Below are positions 39,526 through 50,007 of a stretch of 64,000 bases of DNA, one piece after another. The position numbers and the translations under genes are program-made. Each line of letters starts with the position of its first letter. The stretch's first letter is position 1. This stretch comes from Nitrospirota bacterium (GTDB lineage Bacteria; Nitrospirota; UBA9217). The notes beneath the pieces are model-generated. The model had not been told where the DNA came from and made no database searches. It was given only the letters and a program-made list of their open reading frames with translations. The stretch lies in contig CAWGYL010000001.1 in NCBI GenBank assembly GCA_963826885.1, positions 145,777 to 209,776 on the forward strand, in the 5' to 3' direction.

Positions 39526-40197
39526 ATGCGGATACTTGTGATCGAAGATGAAAGAAAGACGGCAGCTTATCTCCGGAAAGGACTCTCCGAGAACGGCTTT
39601 CAAGTCGACATTGCCTATGAGGGAGAAGACGGACTATCTTTTGCCCTGGCTGGGGAACACGATTTCATCGTGCTCGATGTCATGATGCCGGGCCGTAATG
39701 GTTGGTCCATTCTCTCCGAACTGCGGCGTGCGGGGAAAAAAACGCCCATCCTGTTTCTGACGGCCCGCGACACAATTCAGGACCGGGTGAAGGGTCTGGA
39801 ATCCGGAGCTGATGACTATTTAGTGAAGCCTTTTGCATTCTCCGAACTGCTCGCCCGCATCCACTCAATTCTTCGCCGCGGTCCTGCCCGACAGCCCGAA
39901 TTGTTCCAGATAGCAGATCTGCAAATAGATTTTCCCCGCCACCGGGTGACTCGTGATGGACAACGTGTCGATCTTACGGTCAAGGAATTTCTTTTGTTGT
40001 CCCTACTTGCGCGACGCCACGGTGAGGTGCTCTCCCGTACGCTAATCGCCGAGCAGGTATGGGACATGAACTTTGATGGCGACACCAATATTGTGGACGT
40101 TGCCATCCGTAGACTTAGGAGAAAGGTCGACGACCCGTACCCGAAGAAGCTCATTCATACAGCGCGGGCCCTTGGATATGTCCTTGAAGAACGCTGA
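39526..40197 (+). CDS. Heavy-metal response regulator (CusR/CzcR, OmpR family)
   Basis: [44 protein letters not shown]. Confidence 0.92.
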   Translation: MRILVIEDERKTAAYLRKGLSENGFQVDIAYEGEDGLSFALAGEHDFIVLDVMMPGRNGWSILSELRRAGKKTPILFLTARDTIQDRVKGLESGADDYLVKPFAFSELLARIHSILRRGPARQPELFQIADLQIDFPRHRVTRDGQRVDLTVKEFLLLSLLARRHGEVLSRTLIAEQVWDMNFDGDTNIVDVAIRRLRRKVDDPYPKKLIHTARALGYVLEER

Positions 40198-41659
40198 TAA
40201 ACGCTTGGCCACCCGCGCTGCCCGTCTCTGTGCCTCGTTTTTCTCATCCATCACGGCGCGTCTCACCATAATCTACATTCTCTCGACTGCCATTTTGCTC
40301 ATGTTGACCGCGGGATTCCTTTACTGGATGATCGCAACGAGCCTGGAGAGGGAAAACATCAAATTTCTAGCTGATAATGTTCAGGTCTTTCGTTCCATTT
40401 TCCGTGATCGTTTGTCCAATCCCGCTCTCCTTCGAAAGGAGGTCAAGGAAGAAGGGCCTGCTCATCAATATTTTAAATTTTATGTCAGGGTGCTGGACGG
40501 CGACACAGAGGTGATAGAGACTCCCGGCATGGATGATCTCTCCGTGGACCCGATACCCTTTCCTTCCCCGGACAGGGCCAACGAAACCACTGATGAGGTT
40601 GTTCCCTGGAAAACCGTGCAGGGGAAGCCTTTCCTGCTCATGTCCGCCTGGGTGCCGCTCGGGCAGGAAGGGGGAGGACGGTATGTCCTGCATTTGGCGC
40701 TGGACATCTCGCATACCAACGCGGTCCTTGCGTACTATCGAAGAAACATCATCGTCGGCGTATTGTTCGGGGTGGTCTTGTCGGCCGGGGTCGGCGTCTT
40801 CGCCGTCCGGAAGGGACTGCGGCCCTTGCGAGAAATTGCCGGTACTGTCCACCGAATAACAGCGACCCAGCTCGACGAACGGATCGGCACAAGGCGATGG
40901 CCTGCGGAACTTTCTGCGCTCGCCGTCGCGTTTGACGGGATGCTCAACAGGCTTGAGGGATCTTTCGTCCGGTTGTCGAGGTTTTCCGCTGATCTGGCGC
41001 ATGAACTACGAACGCCCATCAACAACTTGATGGGCGAGGCGGAGGTGGCGCTCACGCGCGCCAGGACGCCTGACGAATACCAGCACGTCCTTGAATCGAA
41101 CATAGAAGAGTACCGGAAGATCACCCGGCTGATCGACAACCTTCTCTTCCTGGCACGTTCGGAAGAGTCGTGGGTGACCGACACAAAGACCCTCTTCAAC
41201 GCCTCAGCGGAAATTGAAGTCGTCCGGCAGTATTATGAGGTCCTGGCCGATGAACAGGGGATCGAAGTGATCTGCTCGGGCGATGCTCCGGTGAGGGCCG
41301 ATGTATCGTTATTTCAGCGTGCAGTCAGTAACCTGCTGTCCAACAGTCTTAAGTACACGCCGTCTGGCGGAAGGATTTCCATCGATGTCCGACAACCCGA
41401 AGATCGTTCCTTTACGGAAATCAGGGTGAGCGATACGGGTATCGGTATCGCACCAGAACACCTTCCGCACATTTTTAATCGATTCTACCGGGCTTACTCT
41501 GCACGCGCGCTCCATCCCGAAGGGACGGGGCTCGGTCTCGCCATTGTAAAGACCATCACAGATCTCCACGGCGCCACAATATCGGTCCAGAGCGTACCGG
41601 ATAGGGGAACTACGTTCATTCTGCGGTTTCCTTCGACGCCGGTGGCAGTAACAAGATGA
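40178..41659 (+). CDS. Heavy-metal sensor histidine kinase (CusS/CzcS-like)
   Basis: 2 [34 protein letters not shown]. Confidence 0.92.
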   Translation: MSLKNADKRLATRAARLCASFFSSITARLTIIYILSTAILLMLTAGFLYWMIATSLERENIKFLADNVQVFRSIFRDRLSNPALLRKEVKEEGPAHQYFKFYVRVLDGDTEVIETPGMDDLSVDPIPFPSPDRANETTDEVVPWKTVQGKPFLLMSAWVPLGQEGGGRYVLHLALDISHTNAVLAYYRRNIIVGVLFGVVLSAGVGVFAVRKGLRPLREIAGTVHRITATQLDERIGTRRWPAELSALAVAFDGMLNRLEGSFVRLSRFSADLAHELRTPINNLMGEAEVALTRARTPDEYQHVLESNIEEYRKITRLIDNLLFLARSEESWVTDTKTLFNASAEIEVVRQYYEVLADEQGIEVICSGDAPVRADVSLFQRAVSNLLSNSLKYTPSGGRISIDVRQPEDRSFTEIRVSDTGIGIAPEHLPHIFNRFYRAYSARALHPEGTGLGLAIVKTITDLHGATISVQSVPDRGTTFILRFPSTPVAVTR

Positions 41660-41682
41660 CAAAATTGTAATCTTCCTGTCAT
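41653..41682 (+). promoter_or_regulatory. CusR/CopR-type operator box
   Basis: Imperfect dyad AAGATGACAAAATTGTAATCTT followed by CCTGTCAT; resembles the ATGACA..TTGTCAT cus/cop box. Confidence 0.6.
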
Positions 41683-41777
41683 GTTCCCGTCCTGTCCTTC
41701 CTGATATACTGTAATCTATAAAACTATGCATATCAACGCGATTGTTCGACCCCTTCGCGGAATCCCTGAGGGGAATC

Positions 41778-42350
41778 ATGAGCCAGCCGCGGATTCTTGC
41801 CTTCGATTATCAAAACGTCGGATTCGAATGTCTCCGTGAGCTGATCGAGCGGAGAGAGAACATTGTGGCTGTGGTTACCCACAAGGCAAATCTATATGAG
41901 GGAGCGTGGTTCGCATATATCTAGGACCTGTCTATCAAGCATGGCATTCTCGTGTACACTCCGGCGTTGGGGAACACGCCTAAGTGGATCGTCAGAATAC
42001 CGTATATTTGGCTGGACCTGATTTTCTCTTTTGATTATCGATATTTGATTTCACAGGCGCTTCTCGACATCCCGCGCCACCGCTCGCTTCTCCCGCAATA
42101 TCGGGGGAGTATCCCGATAAACTGAGCTGTTGTGGTACGGCAAGAGACAACGGGTGTCACACTCCACGGATCTCGCCCAGGACAAGTCCAAGGCTACCTG
42201 TTTTTGCGCCTAGCGGCTCGAAGACTTGGATATTTACTGATGGAGACACACGACAGACATTTGTAATCTGGTTCGCGCCATCTCCTATTTCTATTCGGAT
42301 GCATTTACCAAGATGTGTGGTAGGCGGCTCTTCGTATACGAGGCTTTGCC
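41778..42350 (+). pseudogene. ArnA-like formyltransferase remnant
   Basis: AFDYQNVG, AVVTH, IFSFDYR, HRSLLPQYRG..PIN, TGVTLH; in-frame stops and indels; 3' end approximate. Confidence 0.78.
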
Positions 42351-42559
42351 CGAAAGGGCACTGGTGCAGGATTCCTGCGTTTAAGTGAGATCACCATGAA
42401 TCCGGAAACGCGATCATAACTGCCTCAGCATTAGTCGAAATTACTTTTAATGCTCACATGCTGCCTTAGCAAAGAGTTGCAATCCCACGATGTTGTGTGT
42501 ACTCGCTATAATGTGCCGTTACATTTTTTAAACTTTATTATTTCAAAAGGAGCTACTTA

Positions 42560-43417
42560 ATGCCGTTCATTCATTATTTGAGAACATATGGAATTGTCGC
42601 TCTTCTCGTTTTTACCATCACTTCATCCGCTCTTGCCACTGACAATTCGATAGTTACTGCGGCAAGTACCCAATTGCCAGACTCAGGGACAACGTCGGTT
42701 GAACTCAATAAGGATTATTTCACTGGCTATTTGACAGATACCATGAATATCTTAACATCGCCAGCACGGTGGAACCCATCTGACTGGCTGGAGGCATCCA
42801 TCGTTACGGGTGTCGCCGTGGGATTATATACGCAGGATGAGCAGATTAAGACATGGATGCTAAAACACGATAGCGGGACATATCAGAATCTGTCAGACGA
42901 TGCCAAAAAGATAGGCACTTACTCTGTGCCTGTCTTGGTGGGCCTTGGTGCTTACGGATACATAGCTTCAGATAATAAAGCCAAGGCAACATTTCTATTG
43001 TCCACCGAAAGCTTTCTCATTACGGGTGCTTTTGTTGAAGTTTTGAAATACTCAACAGGGAGGCATCGTCCCTATACGGGGGATCCGCACGATACGTGGT
43101 CTGGATATACGACCAACGGGGACTACCAATCATTCCCCTCAGGTGATTCCGCTTCAGCATTTGCAATAGCCACCGTTATTGCCACCGAGTACGACAATAT
43201 GATTGTTCCTCCATTGGTGTACGGGGCATCTGCACTCATAGGCTTCGAAAGGCTACATGAAAATGCTCATTGGGCATCCGATGTCTTTGTAGGGTCCGCA
43301 ATAGGGTATTTCACCGGTAAAGCAGTCGTTGCCTCCCATACTAAACAGAGTAACCTGAGTTTTGCGCCATTTATGGATGGGAAGGATAAAGGTGTTTTGA
43401 TAACCTATCGGTTTTAG
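42560..43417 (+). CDS. PAP2-family phosphatase
   Basis: K...GRHRP, SFPSGD, ERLHENAHWASDV; signal-like N-terminus. Confidence 0.85.
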   Translation: MPFIHYLRTYGIVALLVFTITSSALATDNSIVTAASTQLPDSGTTSVELNKDYFTGYLTDTMNILTSPARWNPSDWLEASIVTGVAVGLYTQDEQIKTWMLKHDSGTYQNLSDDAKKIGTYSVPVLVGLGAYGYIASDNKAKATFLLSTESFLITGAFVEVLKYSTGRHRPYTGDPHDTWSGYTTNGDYQSFPSGDSASAFAIATVIATEYDNMIVPPLVYGASALIGFERLHENAHWASDVFVGSAIGYFTGKAVVASHTKQSNLSFAPFMDGKDKGVLITYRF

Positions 43418-44039
43418 GTCAGGATTACTGGATTTTTTTTATGTTAGCCTTGAAACAAAACAAGCACACCAATGGACCAATGTGCTTGAAAACTGGCGAG
43501 TATATCGCAAGGACATGCTTTATATTCGACCTTTAGCGGCACAACGACCATTCATTCATCGATGTCCAAACTTAAATCAACAGCACTGTTCTTGCCTTAA
43601 AGGTAAAGAGGGACTCGAGATTAGCTATCGCTTTTGTAGAGTTGCATTCTTTATCCTATTATTGAGGACCGCAAAAGTAATGCAATAGCTCCGTATCGTT
43701 ATTTATCTTGTGTTTGCGGGCTTTTCATGGTGGTCATGCGTTGCATGACTCATGTTTCTCTCTTTTGTTCTTCAGGTATCCGCGGCATTCAGAAGGATCG
43801 TCAGGAATGAACTCTACTCAATATAGAATAGAAAGAATGCTTGCACGGTTCCATAAAATGTGGATCGATTGGAGAGGTGAATTAAATTTATTTTGAGCAT
43901 CGCGTCAACGAATATAGAGTAATCTGTCGGTCTATTAAGCATCGGAAACTAGCTGTCCCGACGTCTACTGGTCGCGTGAACCATTCATGATTACGAGCAT
44001 GGACTGGAAAATAAGATATTCCACTATTTATTAAAAATC

Positions 44040-45443
44040 GTGATTCAAAAAAAGATGACAAACGAAAAGCTGTCAACTTCGAATATGAAGAACATCCTGC
44101 TCGTCGCATATTATTTCCCGCCGAATACTGCTGTCGGCGGAATAAGAATCGTCAACTTCGTTAAATATCTCCCCTCCTTTAGTTGGAATCCCTATGTGTT
44201 GACCATACAAGAGCGCTACATTGAAGAGGTGGACCCCAGCAGGCTCAACTGTATTAAGGCAGAAAGGATCTTCAGGACGGTCAAACTATCCTCATTTGTA
44301 TCATGGACATACCTAAAATTAAAAAAAGTCTGCATAAGTATCGTTAAGAGAAAGCCGGCCGCTTCGTACGGCGTGGCCACACGTGATGCTGACAAGAAAA
44401 ACAATTCTTCCAGACCGGAATCGGTATTTCAAAAACTCAAGCGCTTCATTGCTTCCTTTCTCGTGCTGCCTGATGGAGAAAGAGGCTGGGTATTGCCCGC
44501 GGTATTGAGGGCGGTCAGGGAGATAAAGCGAAAAAATATTTCCTGCATAGTAACCTCCGGCCCGCCCCACTCGGCCCATTTAATAGGCTACCTGGTTAAA
44601 ATGATCACGGGAGTGAAATGGGTTGTGGACTTTCGCGACCCTTGGGTAATCGATGGCTCAAAGCCGTTATTAGTTACAACCGATTCGTCGATGAAGCTCG
44701 ATCGCTGGCTGGAGAAAAAAGTGGTTCAAAAAGCGGATTTAATAATCGCGAACACGGAAAATCTTCTGAGCGCCCTGAAGAAAAAACATAAAAATCAGTC
44801 TTCCCGCAAATTTATATGTATCCCAAATGGCTTTGACAAAGGAATTTTCGAAAAGATGGACCATTTGAAGAAATATGATAAGTTCACCATAATCTACACG
44901 GGGACATTATATTACGGCAGAACCCCCGAGCCTGTTTTTCAAGCCCTGAAAGAGCTGATTCAAGACGGCGACATCAGTTCTCGGGACATATGCGTGAAAT
45001 TAGTGGGTCACTGCAAACAGGTGAACGAATATCCGACGGCAGAGATGATCGATAACTATAACCTCGGTTCAGTCGCAGAAGTTTTAGAACAGGTTCCCTA
45101 TGCAGAGGCATTGGCGATGGTCAAACAAAGCCATCTGGCACTGCTCCTAGCGATTGGACAGCCTCTTTCAATACCTGGCAAGGCTTATGAGTACATGGGG
45201 TCTGGCACTAGAATTTTGACCCTTACCGAAGCAGGCGCTACGGCGGATCTGATCCGCTCGACGGGTGCCGGAGGGATTTTCGATTCTGCGGATGTGGAAG
45301 GGATCAAACATTTCATCTATCAGTCGATGAAAAACCGTAATTCACTCACACAGAATGATACTTCTCATATTCTGGAGAAATTCGATAGAAAATTTCTTAC
45401 CCAAAAGCTGGCCGATGAACTCGAAAGAATATGCACTTTATAA
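44040..45443 (+). CDS. GT-B family 4 glycosyltransferase
   Basis: AYYFPP, TSGPPHS, DFRDPW, IPNGFD, PGKAYEY; start may be the later ATG. Confidence 0.88.
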   Translation: MIQKKMTNEKLSTSNMKNILLVAYYFPPNTAVGGIRIVNFVKYLPSFSWNPYVLTIQERYIEEVDPSRLNCIKAERIFRTVKLSSFVSWTYLKLKKVCISIVKRKPAASYGVATRDADKKNNSSRPESVFQKLKRFIASFLVLPDGERGWVLPAVLRAVREIKRKNISCIVTSGPPHSAHLIGYLVKMITGVKWVVDFRDPWVIDGSKPLLVTTDSSMKLDRWLEKKVVQKADLIIANTENLLSALKKKHKNQSSRKFICIPNGFDKGIFEKMDHLKKYDKFTIIYTGTLYYGRTPEPVFQALKELIQDGDISSRDICVKLVGHCKQVNEYPTAEMIDNYNLGSVAEVLEQVPYAEALAMVKQSHLALLLAIGQPLSIPGKAYEYMGSGTRILTLTEAGATADLIRSTGAGGIFDSADVEGIKHFIYQSMKNRNSLTQNDTSHILEKFDRKFLTQKLADELERICTL

Positions 45444-45493
45444 TTATTATTGACAGAACGGCTGGCCTACGATAAGCACGTGATCAAGAAAAC

Positions 45494-45975
45494 ATGTCTC
45501 ATCGTTTCAAAGTCCGCTGCCCCGAGTGGGCGGAATGGCAGGATCATTTCCAGGGGAACATCTGTCACAGCATTGACTGGGCTGAAACACGTCGTTCAGC
45601 AGACAGCGATCCTCTTTATGTCCAGTGGCAGAACGAAAACAGTGCCTGTTTGGACATCGCCAGGGGCATAGGGCGCCGTTCGCCCGCACGCAATATCAGC
45701 CAGTTCATCAGACGGTTGTTTTTTGAAACCTACCCAGCAGCGAAGGATAATAATGTGGAATTGACCCGCTCCATGATCAAACAGCTTGCGGATTCTGCGA
45801 AGCAGGGGGATGTGGAAGTCTCGCAATCGAGTCCTTTGGCGCGCCCATCATGGCCCCTGATAAAGGCAGATTGAGCTTTGTAGCAACTCCCCACCAGGAA
45901 TTCATTCTGGACCTTACAATTCGGGAGGAGGAGCTTTGGCGGTGGCTATCCAAATACCACCGGCGCAAGACCTTT
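45494..45975 (+). pseudogene. FemAB/GNAT-like protein remnant
   Basis: NICHSIDWAE in one frame; FILDLTIREEELWRWLSKYHRRK in another; truncated. Confidence 0.5.
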
Positions 45976-46346
45976 GGCACAATTTTCCTCGTCTCTGGTT
46001 GCTTTCTTTCGAATTTTACGCCAAATCCAGGGTGGTTTTCAAAAGGCGTTGCACTTCTCAGAGTCGGCTGGCTTCTTCATTTCTCAGAGATTTACTTCTT
46101 TGGAGGTTGTATGGCACAAATTAACATCAGGACTTCGCAATGGGCACCTATTTTAGGGGGTAGGAGCTGCAGTAGCATCTCTTTCGAATAACGTTTCTTT
46201 TTAGAAACGTAGTCCTGAGCAATGTCGGCAAATCTACACTAGGGATTTATGCAATACTCTTTACTTTTGTGGACCAATTGCAACCAGTATGCAGCGTACT
46301 AGCTCTGTTATCGGTTAAACATCCTGGCTGATAGGAGGGGAGGAAT

Positions 46347-47377
46347 ATGCGTAATCGTATAGATTCGTTTGACCTGATTAGATCATTTGCCATCCTGACG
46401 ATTTTCATTGACCATACTATTACGAAAGATCCTCGGATTGATAATGGCTTTGCCCACCTCGCTATTACAACCTTAAGTCCAGGTCTTACTATGTCACTTC
46501 TCGGATTTATCAGCGCCGCCCTCTTGTCGTCAACGATGCTGAATTATGGACCATTTCTTATAAAAAGATTCACTAGGATATATATTTCCCTCGCCTTGTG
46601 CCTCTCCGTCGTACTCTCGCTGTATGCATATATAGGTAAACAGCATCTGCTCGTTCAGCAAACACTTCTTCACTATATGGGGTTATCTGCTTTTATAGAG
46701 ATATTGGCTGTGGACAACAAGTCTCCCATCGGAGCCGGATTGTGGTTCATAACGATAATAATGGCGTTGTATCTTCTCCTTCCGATGCTGGCGGCGCTGT
46801 TCAGGCATCGTAATGGCCTGATGCATCTTATATTGATCATAATTGTCTCAACAGTAATAAACAATTATGCCTATGGTACTCAATCCACGTTTAACGTCAT
46901 CATATCGTTCTCGGTGGGTTTATACGTCAGTATCCATGGTTTACTCGACGAGATGTATCAGAGACGGATTCTTTTGACATATTTGTTCTGTGCTAGTTTG
47001 CTGACGATAGTAGCACTCTCGACGAGCGAAGTAATTCCCTATGCCATACGTGGACTAGTGTTCTCATTGTATCCGTTGGCCTTCGTGCCTCTTTTTTTCA
47101 TCTGTCCGAAAAAATCCCGAGGTCAGTTATTAAAGCATCAGGCTTTTTCGCTGGTCTAAGCTATGAGTTTTATATACTGCACTTTTACTTCATTGATGAT
47201 GGATTTCGCGATTTCTTTCATAAGCCTATGGGTATTCTTGGTCAAATTACGATCTCTTTTTCGATCACGCTTGTTCTAGCGTATATCATATCTTATATAG
47301 CGAAAAGACTTCGTGAGTCTGTGAACGCATATTTGATCCCATCGATATCGGCGACGAATATCCAATCGTCAGTATAA
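46347..47377 (+). pseudogene. Acyltransferase-3 (OafA-like O-acyltransferase) with a single frameshift in a T7 tract
   Basis: DLIRSFAI..DH, KRFTRIY, LWFI; the frame shifts at T7 (47092-47098), and SYEFYILH continues in the next frame to TAA 47377. Confidence 0.75.
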
Positions 47378-47400
47378 TACGAGTCCTTTTTTCCTTAGCG

Positions 47401-47514
47401 AATCCCTATAGATTTACGGGGCGAGAATGGGATCGAGACGCAGGGCTGTGTTACTACCGGGTCAGGTATTGTGACCCGAAGACAGGTAAGTTTATCAGCA
47501 AAGACCCAATCGGG
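47401..47514 (+). pseudogene. Rhs repeat-associated core fragment
   Basis: Translates NPYRFTGREWDRDAGLCYYRVRYCDPKTGKFISKDPIG. Confidence 0.82.
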
Positions 47515-47748
47515 TATAGGGCTGCTAACTATTCGGGTCGATCGGTTGTACCAGCGTCCGATCTGTTCATGTACAAATTACGAACAGTATTTGATGATAG
47601 TTTCGAATGATCGGAATTACAGACTAGTAGGTGAAGTTTGTAATAGCGCATTATTTGACGCATGCTTTTATCCTATTTGAAGTGTGTGCATTTCTCGTTA
47701 TAAGAATAGTCTATGATCTTAAGAAAAAAGTGCACAGGTAATTAACTC

Positions 47749-47776
47749 TTGACAGCTGTACCAAAAATGGTACAAT
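47749..47776 (+). promoter_or_regulatory. TA promoter with overlapping palindromic operator
   Basis: TTGACA-16 nt-TACAAT; TGTACCA-AAAA-TGGTACA at 47757-47774. Confidence 0.78.
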
Positions 47777-47785
47777 AGATAACAC

Positions 47786-48142
47786 ATGGTCGATATTATC
47801 TTTGTGCTGAATGTTATCTTTTATCGTTCCGAGACCGGCAATGAACCGGTCCGTGAATGGTTAAAAGACCTTCCTCGCGATTATAAGAAGATCATCGGCG
47901 AAGATATTAAAACAGCGCAAATCGGCTGGCCATTGGGGATGCCGCTGATCGAAAAAATCGATGCAAATTTGTGGGAAGTGCGTACAAAATTGACAGATGG
48001 CATCGCTCGAATTCTCTTTACAGTGGACGGCAACTATATGGTCTTATTACACGGCTTCATAAAAAAATCGAAGAAAATACCAAAACATGAACTTGAGACG
48101 GCTTTAGCCCACCTCAGCAAATATAGAAGAGGTGCTAAATGA
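47786..48142 (+). CDS. Type II toxin, RelE/HigB (Gp49/DUF891) family
   Basis: FYRSETGNEPVREWL, GWPLGMP, LWEVR, LLHGFIKK; toxin-first gene order. Confidence 0.88.
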   Translation: MVDIIFVLNVIFYRSETGNEPVREWLKDLPRDYKKIIGEDIKTAQIGWPLGMPLIEKIDANLWEVRTKLTDGIARILFTVDGNYMVLLHGFIKKSKKIPKHELETALAHLSKYRRGAK

Positions 48143-48420
48143 AAAACGTGCATAGAGGCAGTAGCTTTGATGATTTTCTTGAAAAAGAAGGGTTACGATC
48201 AGGCGCGGAAGCTGTTGCAATCAAGAGAGCCATAGCTTATCAGATTGAATTAGAAATGAAGAAAGCGAAAATGACCAAGTCGGAATTGACAGTAAGAATG
48301 CGAACAAGTCGATCCGCCTTAGACAGGTTGCTTGATCCCTCAAATGTATCGGTTACTCTGCAGACCCTTGAAAGAGCAGCCAGGGCGTTGGGGAAGGATC
48401 TTAAAATTCAACTGGCCTAA
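48139..48420 (+). CDS. XRE-HTH antitoxin
   Basis: HRGSSFDDFL, MRTSRSALDRLLDP..SVTLQTL; ATGA overlap with the toxin. Confidence 0.88.
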   Translation: MKNVHRGSSFDDFLEKEGLRSGAEAVAIKRAIAYQIELEMKKAKMTKSELTVRMRTSRSALDRLLDPSNVSVTLQTLERAARALGKDLKIQLA

Positions 48421-48675
48421 CAGAATGATTTATTCGACTGCGCAATACAACTGCAACAAGATTGATAAGAGCGAACTGGAAGAGTTCTGACGATGAAGTA
48501 GAAATTGTCTTTAACCCCCTTAACAAGAAAGAGCACTATATCGGTACTTTGGTAAGTGAACGATAAAGAATAAACTGCTACTCATTTGCTACTCTTTTTA
48601 TTGCTAAAATATGCCTTTTATTGCCATTTAGTGACTTAATATGCTTTATAAATCAATATGATACATTAAGGCCCA

Positions 48676-48724
48676 CGGTTTCCTAAACCGCGTGCCGGGT
48701 GTTCGAGTCACCCCAGGGACACCA
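48676..48724 (+). repeat. att core: 3' half of tRNA-Arg
   Basis: 48/49 identity to 37052-37100. Confidence 0.92.
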
Positions 48725-48740
48725 ATAATCAATGAGTTAC

Positions 48741-48769
48741 GGCCTATTCAAGAATGAATAGGCCTTTTT
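48741..48769 (+). terminator. Intrinsic terminator, target site of the group IIC intron
   Basis: GGCCTATTCA-AGAA-TGAATAGGCC + TTTTT. Confidence 0.85.
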
Positions 48770-49485
48770 GTGTGCCGAGCATGATTGACAGCTTGGGGGT
48801 GCAAGTCCTCTTCACATCCTGATGGAGGAGAAGTGATAGCGAAGCGCAAGGGCGTCATCGCGAGGTGGGGTCTGAAGGAAGCGTGGAGCAAAGACGCGAG
48901 CCGATGGACAAGAACCGGATATGAGGCATACGGCGCTGGACGAGCGGGCAAATGATCGCGAAGTCCATATCCATCAAGGGCGCTGGTTGTAAATTCGGCG
49001 GTTGCGCGTTGAAGGCGGTCGGACTTATCGCGGGAGGTCTGCTGCATGTCCCGGAATCGGGACTGAGGTGGAGCTGAGGTCCTCCTGACCGTGCCGCAGA
49101 AGTCAGCAGAGGGCAAATTAGATATGTGCAGTCGGCTTACTCGATTGGGACACTCGCCCGAAAGGGGAGAAACAGCAGGGCTCGCACAAGCCGGGAACGA
49201 CATATCGAAGGCCCGAACGGCCCCCGCAAGGGGTTAAATGGAGCGGCAAGTAGGACGCATGACTCATGGACGGTAAGCAGCAGAAAATCCAGATGGAACT
49301 GGCCTTCTGTTAGCGACGACGAATTCGGGGACGATTCTGACGGTGGTGTCCCCGTTGTTGATTCTGCCTTTTGATTCTGCCTTTTGATCCTTCCTCTTGA
49401 TTTATCTTTCCCCAGTTTTCATTTCAGTTTTTCTTTTCAGTCAAAGTCAGTACAGTGAAGCCATCACAGAGTCCAGGGAGAATGC

Positions 49486-49893
49486 ATGATGGTTTCAGGA
49501 AAGAAGCGTTGCCAGTGCTGCGGCAAGAAGTTCGTGCCGGACAGAAGGATCGGGGTGCGCCAGAAGACGTGTTCGGCGGCGTGCCGGAAGATTCAGAAGG
49601 GCGAGAGCAACAAGCGTTATCGCGGAGAGAATCCGGATTACTGGCTCGGCAGGTACGAGATGGTCAAGGCGTGGAGAAAGGACCACCCCGATTATCAGAA
49701 GACCTGGCGACAGAAGAGAACCGAGCGGCGGATGACGTTCTCGCCCGGTGAGATACAAGCAGAGATGTTCTCTAAAGCCCTTGATGCATTTGAGAAAAAC
49801 GTCATCGTGCTTCGCGAGATACAAGCCGAGATGCCATTCCAAGTGATTGATATTACTGACCGTTTGGCCGCCTTACCGTGCCGCCCCACGTGA
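49486..49893 (+). CDS. Small basic Cys4 zinc-finger-like protein inside the IS21
   Basis: CQCC..F.PD.R...QKTCSAAC; K/R-rich; two EIQAEM repeats. Confidence 0.6.
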   Translation: MMVSGKKRCQCCGKKFVPDRRIGVRQKTCSAACRKIQKGESNKRYRGENPDYWLGRYEMVKAWRKDHPDYQKTWRQKRTERRMTFSPGEIQAEMFSKALDAFEKNVIVLREIQAEMPFQVIDITDRLAALPCRPT

Positions 49894-49966
49894 GATACAA
49901 GCCGAGTACGCGGAATAGTGCCGCGGGATCAGTGTGTTACCCGGTTTCGTCCGGCGAGATACAAGA
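49750..49966 (+). repeat. Four spaced direct repeats GAGATACAAG
   Basis: Copies at 49750, 49816, 49892, 49956. Confidence 0.8.
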
Positions 49967-50007
49967 CCAGATTCAAATTCCAGGCGCAGTATGGTAATAA
50001 TGCCGCC

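Larger units (their letters stand above)
37052..48724. mobile_element. Genomic island integrated at tRNA-Arg(CCT); no integrase remains
   Basis: 49-bp direct repeat 37052-37100 vs 48676-48724 (1 mismatch); AT-richer cargo, IS4, TA pair, pseudogenes. Confidence 0.85.

Noticed and set aside
43482-44039. Short ORFs between PAP2 and GT4
   Set aside because: AT-rich, with no motifs or convincing RBS.
37101-48675. Island integrase gene
   Set aside because: No ORF with tyrosine- or serine-recombinase motifs was found between the att repeats.
48748-49374. ORFs 48748-49203(-) and 49126-49374(+)
   Set aside because: They overlap the structured group II intron RNA; typical spurious translations.
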